Shown in pieces: positions 58,996 to 64,000 of a stretch of DNA of 64,000 bases. Position 1 is the stretch's first letter. Each line of letters begins with the position of its first letter. The notes under the pieces are model-generated. The model was not told the DNA's origin. It saw nothing but the letters and a program-made list of their open reading frames with translations, and did no database searches. The stretch is from an uncultured Candidatus Saccharibacteria bacterium (GTDB taxonomy: Bacteria; Patescibacteriota; Saccharimonadia; Saccharimonadales; JAGQNJ01). The position numbers and the translations under genes are program-made. Location of the stretch: the NCBI GenBank assembly GCA_964602865.1, contig CAZRSX010000001.1, positions 19,940 through 83,939 on the forward strand, read 5' to 3'.

Positions 58996-59445
58996 TTATA
59001 GCTCAGTCTTGTTCTTTTCCTCCTCTATTTGCTGCTCGGCCTGCTTACGAAGTTCAGAGAAGATTGTGACTATCGCAAAGTCATCCTTACCTGCCGCCGC
59101 ATCCAGCAGATCATATACCACCTTCTCAAAGAATCGCAGCCGTTTAAGTTCTGCGGCGCCCACTATAGCGTAGCGTTTGGAATTATGGTCAAGCCAATAT
59201 CGGATAGCCTGCACATTACCAGCATTAATAGCTTCCATGAGTTTTGACTCGGCAAAATCATTCAACTTACCCCGACCAAATTCAGTAGCTATATCGGCCT
59301 TTCTGCTAAACTCATGATCGGCATTGTACCACCTGTAAAAGGTGGAGCGAGCAATGCCAACTTTTTTGCAGGCTCGTTCAATGAGCGGATTCTTTCCAAG
59401 CTCATTAAGAATTAACCTCTTTTGCGCTCTGGTGTTAGCTCTCAT
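58996..59445 (-). CDS. HTH-domain protein (phage small-terminase / phBC6A51-like HTH)
   Basis: 149 aa. ACKKVGIARSTFYRWY...AIRYWLDHNSKRY. Confidence 0.5.
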   Translation of the reverse strand: MRANTRAQKRLILNELGKNPLIERACKKVGIARSTFYRWYNADHEFSRKADIATEFGRGKLNDFAESKLMEAINAGNVQAIRYWLDHNSKRYAIVGAAELKRLRFFEKVVYDLLDAAAGKDDFAIVTIFSELRKQAEQQIEEEKNKTEL

Positions 59446-60775
59446 GGACGAGCCTCCTTTTCATGCCAGTTTCTTTTTCCCACCTAGTCATGGCTACCTC
59501 TGCGTAGATTGGCTGTTTTTCCATGATGTAGCACCTGCGTTTCAGCTTGGTAGCTGCGATAAGCGTGCTACCAGACCCGCAAAAGGGCTCGACCACTAGG
59601 TCGCCACGCTTTGTCAGTACCTTGATGTAGGGAATTAATATCTCTAGGGGCTTGATTCCGAAGATGACACCTTGACCTGAGCTTTTCTCATCTGCGGCGT
59701 TAAAAGTAATGTGATCAGTAGGTTGGTACTTTTTGCCTTTTTTGTAACCCTCCCATTGTGGGCTTCCAGAAGTTGCGAAGAGTGCTGCTTCGTACATTTC
59801 TTGGAGGGGTGCTTCTTCCTCGTCATGATTGTAGGCAACCGTACCAGATGCTCCAACCATAGCTATGTCATACTTTGAGAAGAATTTATGCTTTGCAGCG
59901 TAACCTTGGTTACGATTCGGCAGGTGCCATATGAGCATATTACGCACTTTCCAGCCGTTGGCTTCGAGTCCATCCCATATGACCTTCATATTCTTCCAAT
60001 TTTCATAGCAAATGATGCTGAAGTCTGGTTTGGCAACCTTGGCGATATTGCCCATCCATAGCTCGGTGAAGTTATCGGGCAGCTCGTCCGTGCCAATGTA
60101 GCGACGGTTCTTTTTGGAGCCGAAGCCATCGGTTGGCTTACCATGCCGTTTGGCTTTGAGATAGTCCAAAATATACGGTGGATCCGTCATACACATGTCG
60201 GCCTTCTCACTATTCATGAGCTTAAGTACATCTGCTTCAACGGTACTGTCACCGACCATAAGGCGCGAGTCTCCAAGTTGGTAGACATCGCCAGTTTTAG
60301 CCTTAACTTCCTGCACGCCAGCCCTTACCAGTGCTTTTTGGATATTGAAGGTTTCTTTCTCCTCCAAATCTACCTCAAAAATGTCATCCACCTCTTCACT
60401 GGTAAAGCCAATATCACCGAGTAGAGCTTCGTCAAACTCTTTGAGCAGGGTAAAGTCCCATTCGCCCAAGTTCTTATTAAGCCTTATGTTAAGCTCTTGC
60501 TCTCGCTCTAGCTCGGGTATGTTTATGTAGAGAACGGGAACCTCGGTAATACCTAGATCCTTGGCCACCCTTAACCTGAAGTGTCCCCCGATTACCACAT
60601 TTTCGCGCCCGGGCGCTCTGTTAACCAGTATCGGGTCGACCAACCCGAACCGATTTATGCTATCGGCGAGTTGTGCCGTTGCGTCCTCGCTCCATTTGCG
60701 AGGGTTGTAAGGAGCTGGGTTCAGCTCGCTTATTTTTACTGTTTGTATTTGTTGGGCAGGCACTTTGTTAGTCAT
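59435..60775 (-). CDS. ParB-like nuclease domain fused to an N6/N4 DNA methyltransferase
   Basis: Trimmed to MTNKVPAQ (RBS AAAGGAG). ParB-N: KISELNPAPYNPRKW...IGGHFRLRVA. MTase: MCMTDPPY (motif IV) and VVEPFCGSGSTLIAA (motif I). Confidence 0.85.
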   Translation of the reverse strand: MTNKVPAQQIQTVKISELNPAPYNPRKWSEDATAQLADSINRFGLVDPILVNRAPGRENVVIGGHFRLRVAKDLGITEVPVLYINIPELEREQELNIRLNKNLGEWDFTLLKEFDEALLGDIGFTSEEVDDIFEVDLEEKETFNIQKALVRAGVQEVKAKTGDVYQLGDSRLMVGDSTVEADVLKLMNSEKADMCMTDPPYILDYLKAKRHGKPTDGFGSKKNRRYIGTDELPDNFTELWMGNIAKVAKPDFSIICYENWKNMKVIWDGLEANGWKVRNMLIWHLPNRNQGYAAKHKFFSKYDIAMVGASGTVAYNHDEEEAPLQEMYEAALFATSGSPQWEGYKKGKKYQPTDHITFNAADEKSSGQGVIFGIKPLEILIPYIKVLTKRGDLVVEPFCGSGSTLIAATKLKRRCYIMEKQPIYAEVAMTRWEKETGMKRRLVHES

Positions 60776-60928
60776 GCCAAACTCCTTTCGGTTATTTCTG
60801 CGATTTAGGAGTCTGGCTAATAAAAATACTCCCGCCGATGACAGTCTCGGAAGACTTTGCCAATTCGGGCGGGAGCTTATGCATTCGCTCATCCGTGATT
60901 GTGCGCGTGCTGTTTACGCTTATGTATG

Positions 60929-60957
60929 AGTATATTTGTCGTGGTTGTGCTTGTCAA
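60929..60957 (-). promoter_or_regulatory. candidate sigma-70 promoter for the element-2 gene train
   Basis: Minus strand: TTGACA-17 nt-TATACT (complement of 60952-60957 and 60929-60934). Confidence 0.45.
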
Positions 60958-61187
60958 TAGTATGAAAACATTGTGAAATTGTAAACGGTGCAAAACAGTC
61001 CAAAATGGAACGCCGTAATCTGTTACGGGCTATTACAAAACCACAACAGATAACTTAGCTATGAAACACTCGTTACCGTGTCCCATTTGTAGCTTTTCAA
61101 TCTGTTACAATGGTATCGAACAGGGCATTAAGCAAGACAGTTTAGAAACTCCTTGAAAACCCCATAAAGTTCCAGACCGTAATGTCC

Positions 61188-61239
61188 CGCCAAAAGCGCG
61201 ACGTTAGAAACCCGGCCCTCGAAAGGGGCCGGGTTCTTC
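61188..61239. repeat. repeat A, inverted copy, beginning with the core CGCCAAAA
   Basis: Exact reverse complement of 36987-37038. Lies 15 nt beyond the comF stop. Confidence 0.95.
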
Positions 61240-61254
61240 ATATACAGAGATGTT

Positions 61255-61917
61255 TCAAACTGTTTGGGCAAAGATGATAGCACTGACAGATTGAGCGCCG
61301 TTTTTCTTGAGCGTTCGCGCTGCTTCGGCGAGCGTCGCACCAGTCGTTGTGATATCGTCGATGATCAGCACACGTTCACCATGAAGTTGCTTTTTCGGGG
61401 TGTACGCTCCGGCAATTTGTTTCTGGCGGGCAATACGCTCGGCACCGACCTGGCGTGAATTACCGTGACGCACCAGCAGCCGTTCGGCAGGCATAGCTCG
61501 CCGTTTGGCAAATTGCTTGGCAATAATCTGGGCATGGTCGAAACCACGCTGACGCACCCGAGTTGGCGCAGTAGGCACAAAGGAAACAACATCGGCCTCA
61601 ATATAAGACAACACTTCGTCCAGCCAATTCGCAATTATGGTGCTCGCGGTGCGATCTGGAGCAAATTTCATGCTGTGCACCAGCCCTTTGGCCAGACCAG
61701 AGTAGACCGTGCCGACCCAGACGTGGTCAAGCGGGGTTGCTTTCCGGCACGAGCGACAGACGCGGTAGTTATCAGTCATCTGTTTGCACAAAAAGCAACG
61801 GCTGGGGACAATATCAAAAACTTTGGGCTGGCAGTCAGGACACAGCACGCTCGACTCCGCTCCACACGCCAAACAATTAACAGGGGTAGTGATGTATAGT
61901 AACTTTTCTAAAATCAT
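61255..61917 (-). CDS. comF: ComF-family phosphoribosyltransferase-like protein
   Basis: Trimmed to MILEKLLY. CLACG...CPDC...CRSC zinc-finger-like N-terminus and the PRT motif VLIIDDITTTGATL. Confidence 0.75.
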   Translation of the reverse strand: MILEKLLYITTPVNCLACGAESSVLCPDCQPKVFDIVPSRCFLCKQMTDNYRVCRSCRKATPLDHVWVGTVYSGLAKGLVHSMKFAPDRTASTIIANWLDEVLSYIEADVVSFVPTAPTRVRQRGFDHAQIIAKQFAKRRAMPAERLLVRHGNSRQVGAERIARQKQIAGAYTPKKQLHGERVLIIDDITTTGATLAEAARTLKKNGAQSVSAIIFAQTV

Positions 61918-61948
61918 TATGTTGTGTTTATTATGTTGTAAATATCTT

Positions 61949-61987
61949 GAAGCAAACTTGCTTCTTGCTTCTAGTCTACGGTATACT
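61949..61987 (+). promoter_or_regulatory. candidate hsp20 promoter with an overlapping inverted-repeat operator
   Basis: GAAGCAA-AC-TTGCTTC (61949-61964) overlaps a TTGCTT -35 box (61958-61963). TATACT lies 18 nt downstream (61982-61987). Confidence 0.3.
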
Positions 61988-62041
61988 TGCAACCAAGATA
62001 AAAACATTTTCGTTTAAGGACAATTATGGAGGGTAACAACC

Positions 62042-62524
62042 ATGGCGCGTAAAAGCCGCGACGAAGATTTATTGATCGAAGACGAGTTGACTGCAGCGTT
62101 TTTGAGCGACGACGATGTTGCCGCAAACGTTACGTCAGCCCAGCAGCCAGCGGCTCAGGCCGACCCGGCTACAGATGAGTGGGACGAAGAAGAAGCTGTA
62201 CCAGGCCAGCTAGCAGTTGATGTGTATGAAACCAAAGAAAAGCTGGTTGTCAAAGCTCGCACCGCAGGTGTCAACAAGAGTGATCTTGATGTCAGCATCT
62301 CAGACAACACACTGAGCATTCACGGTACGCTATCTGCCGGTAACGAAGATGACGTCGCAAACTACTTTGTGCAAGAGTGTTACTGGGGCGAGTTCTCGCG
62401 CAGCCTCGCGCTACCAATCCCCGTCAAAGAAGACGAGGTATCGGCTGAGCTCAAAGACGGCGTTTTGACTATTTCGTTCACCAAAGTGAAGCAAGACACG
62501 GTCAAGAAGATCCAGATTCTATAA
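62042..62524 (+). CDS. Hsp20/alpha-crystallin small heat-shock protein
   Basis: 160 aa. AVDVYETKEKLVVKA...GEFSRSLALP...AELKDGVLTISF. Confidence 0.9.
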   Translation: MARKSRDEDLLIEDELTAAFLSDDDVAANVTSAQQPAAQADPATDEWDEEEAVPGQLAVDVYETKEKLVVKARTAGVNKSDLDVSISDNTLSIHGTLSAGNEDDVANYFVQECYWGEFSRSLALPIPVKEDEVSAELKDGVLTISFTKVKQDTVKKIQIL

Positions 62525-62542
62525 GGGTCACTTTGCTCACTA

Positions 62543-62574
62543 AAAACCCTGCACATTGGCGCAGGGTTTTTGTT
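62543..62574 (+). terminator. intrinsic terminator after hsp20
   Basis: CCCTGC-8-nt loop-GCAGGG followed by TTTTTGTTTT. Confidence 0.6.
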
Positions 62575-62709
62575 TTATAAGCATTAGTTTTGCGCATCAC
62601 AACTTTGACGTGCTAAGCTGTACTCAAACAAAGACTCCATAATAAAAATCCCCCGTTTTGTTATAGAGCGGGGGATTTTGATGTGCCAAAAAAGTACTTT
62701 AAACGTCGG

Positions 62710-63114
62710 TCATTCGGTCACTTTGCCGAGGACAAAGCGGACGATGACCTGAGCAAGCGCTACGATTACAAGACCGACGATGGCAAAGAGAATCGTGTTC
62801 TTGGCGCTGGTAACACCGCCCGATTCACCGCCCGAGGTGATGTACTTGAAGCCGCCAACGATAATCATGATGACTGATACCACACCAACAACAAGCGAGA
62901 AGATGTTAATCACTGTGGTAATAATGTTGTCAATTGCGACATTTGGGTCTTCGGTATCACAATCGCTGACGGTCGTGCTGAGACAGCTTCCTGTATTGAG
63001 TCCATCCTCAATGCTTGGTGTCGCTGCTGAGGCAACACCAGCAAATCCGAGTACTGGCACGACTAGCATAGCGCTGACCGCGAGGGAGGTGATAATCTCT
63101 TTGATTCTTTTCAT
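62710..63114 (-). CDS. VirB2/TrbC-like (T4SS-type) pilin family protein, paralog 1
   Basis: 134 aa. Signal peptide, two Cys, then NIFSLVVGVVSVIMIIVGGFKYITSGGESGGVTSAKNTILFAIVGLVIVALAQVIVRFV. Confidence 0.6.
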   Translation of the reverse strand: MKRIKEIITSLAVSAMLVVPVLGFAGVASAATPSIEDGLNTGSCLSTTVSDCDTEDPNVAIDNIITTVINIFSLVVGVVSVIMIIVGGFKYITSGGESGGVTSAKNTILFAIVGLVIVALAQVIVRFVLGKVTE

Positions 63115-63205
63115 AAGTTCTTGCTAATCCTTTCTCAAATGATTCTTGTTTTGCTTTTAATCTAGCACTATATTTCGCTTTGAGCAAGCAAGATAGGGGA
63201 TTAAT

Positions 63206-63592
63206 CTAGACCTGATCAATAACAAAGCGAACGATAACTTGGGCAAGCGCCACGATGACCAAGCCAACAACAGCAAACAAAATGGTGTTCTTGGCACTGT
63301 TCACACCTGCCGTGTCGCCAGATGAGGTAATGTACTTAAACCCACCGATGATAATCATCAGCACCGCGGCAAACCCAACGACGATACTAAAGAGATTGAT
63401 GGCCGTTTGGAGTGTTTGATTGATCTCTGTCTCTGCGCCGGGGCCACACTGTCCGCCTGTCATTTCCAGACCCGCACAGACCGCGTCTTCTGGGGTTTGA
63501 GCTGCAACAGTCACTGGTACGAGCTGAAATCCCGTGAATAATGTCATCGCCCCGACGCTCAGCACTAGTAAAAATTTTTTTAGCATAAACAT
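63206..63592 (-). CDS. VirB2/TrbC-like pilin family protein, paralog 2
   Basis: 128 aa. The same conserved C-terminal two-helix module (IIGGFKYITSSGDTAGVNSAKNTILFAVVGLVIVALAQVIVRFV). Confidence 0.6.
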   Translation of the reverse strand: MFMLKKFLLVLSVGAMTLFTGFQLVPVTVAAQTPEDAVCAGLEMTGGQCGPGAETEINQTLQTAINLFSIVVGFAAVLMIIIGGFKYITSSGDTAGVNSAKNTILFAVVGLVIVALAQVIVRFVIDQV

Positions 63593-63604
63593 ATTCTCCT
63601 TACA

Positions 63605-64000
63605 TTATAACCTACTAATGACAACCGAAATAATAAGCTGGCCTGTTAATGCAACTACTAAGCCAATAACGGCGAACAAGATAGCGTTCTTGGCACCATT
63701 AATCGAGTTTGAGTCGCCGCTGGAGGTAATATAACGAAATCCGGCAATAATAATCACGAATACCGCGGCAACACCAACCGCCATCAGTATTAATTGTATG
63801 GCATTAACAAGCACGACGTTGACCGGATTGTTGACTGGGCTGCGTCCACCACAGGTCGCAGAGTCGGCTCCAGCACCACTACAAACTTGGTTCAGCGGGT
63901 CATCAATGGCAAGTATCGGGCTGGGAACCGCAACCGTAAGCAACACCGTCAGAGACAGAAGTGCTACTGCTAATCGCTTTTTTGCATTCGAGAAATTCAC
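63605..64000 (-). CDS. VirB2/TrbC-like pilin family protein, paralog 3 (5' end at or beyond the window edge)
   Basis: 131 aa. IIAGFRYITSSGDSNSINGAKNAILFAVIGLVVALTGQLI. The apparent GTG start coincides with the window end, so the N-terminus is uncertain. Confidence 0.55.
   Translation of the reverse strand: MNFSNAKKRLAVALLSLTVLLTVAVPSPILAIDDPLNQVCSGAGADSATCGGRSPVNNPVNVVLVNAIQLILMAVGVAAVFVIIIAGFRYITSSGDSNSINGAKNAILFAVIGLVVALTGQLIISVVISRL

Larger units (their letters stand above)
48796..61187. mobile_element. integrated element 2 (~12.4 kb): LSR2, Hsp70/AAA+ operon, ParB-methyltransferase; inserted at the 3' end of tRNA-Ser(TGA)
   Basis: All 10 genes lie on the minus strand. The region is AT-richer than its flanks: spot counts of single 60-nt lines gave ~35% GC inside against ~50-65% outside. 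The LSR 3' end faces the tRNA. Inverted CTGGAACTTT motifs lie 8 and 12 nt from CGCCA at the two ends. The right end abuts core plus repeat A. Confidence 0.6.

Noticed and set aside
60776-60892. 39-aa N-terminal extension of the ParB-MTase ORF
   Set aside because: The extension (MSECISSRPNWQSLPRLSS...) is not protein-like and has no RBS. The ATG at 60775 has AAAGGAG at proper spacing, and ParB homology starts right after it.
48796-61187. Element 2 as a complete prophage
   Set aside because: No recognisable capsid, portal, large terminase, tail or lysis genes are present. Only an HTH protein with small-terminase-like sequence was seen. I treat it as an integrative element or island.
62683-63127. 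Plus-strand ORFs 62683-62877 and 62780-63127
   Set aside because: They are antisense to the pilin paralog, whose conserved two-helix module is shared with two neighbouring genes.

Overview
The window reads as a roughly 50% GC chromosome segment from a small-genome bacterium. It is probably CPR/Patescibacteria (Saccharibacteria-like). That is an inference from gene content only: tandem VirB2/TrbC-like pilin paralogs, a CarS-like lipid gene, and many short acidic or membrane hypotheticals. Positions 1 to ~36.9 kb are mostly housekeeping. They hold rpoD (partial, missing from the ORF track) and dnaG, orn, mscL, argS, a CDP-alcohol transferase/PHP/CarS-like operon, and groES-groEL with a textbook CIRCE operator. 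They also hold a murE-like ligase, tsaD, valS, a HIT protein and a BrnT/BrnA pair. Positions ~36.99 to ~61.24 kb are accessory. Two integrated elements each carry a large serine recombinase (LSR) whose 3' end faces a tRNA-Ser gene: tRNA-Ser(CGA) at 42804-42895 and tRNA-Ser(TGA) at 48706-48795. Between them lie purF, tRNA-Arg, a K+ channel, an MFS transporter and tRNA-Ser(GCT). Four sites share the 8-nt core CGCCAAAA, and their long flanks (52, ~150 and 136 nt) are shared pairwise in a mix-and-match pattern that looks like site-specific recombination. The strongest candidate for a new system sits on the AT-richer element 2. It is a tightly coupled six-gene minus-strand operon (57980 to 50415). 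It encodes a membrane-anchored GrpE-like protein, an atypical 844-aa Hsp70 and an HPD-less J-like protein with a transmembrane (TM) helix. It also encodes a classical AAA+ ATPase, an A24 (prepilin-peptidase-like) membrane aspartyl protease homolog and an unknown 325-aa protein. Upstream genes on the same strand encode a ParB-methyltransferase fusion, an HTH protein and a membrane protein. Other oddities are a 62-bp perfect palindrome, a DnaG that lacks all four zinc ligands, a recurring TCTAACTTC plus -10 motif, and tRNA-Arg fragment duplications. I saw no CRISPR array and no rRNA. All family calls come from motifs read by eye in the translations, and no searches were run.
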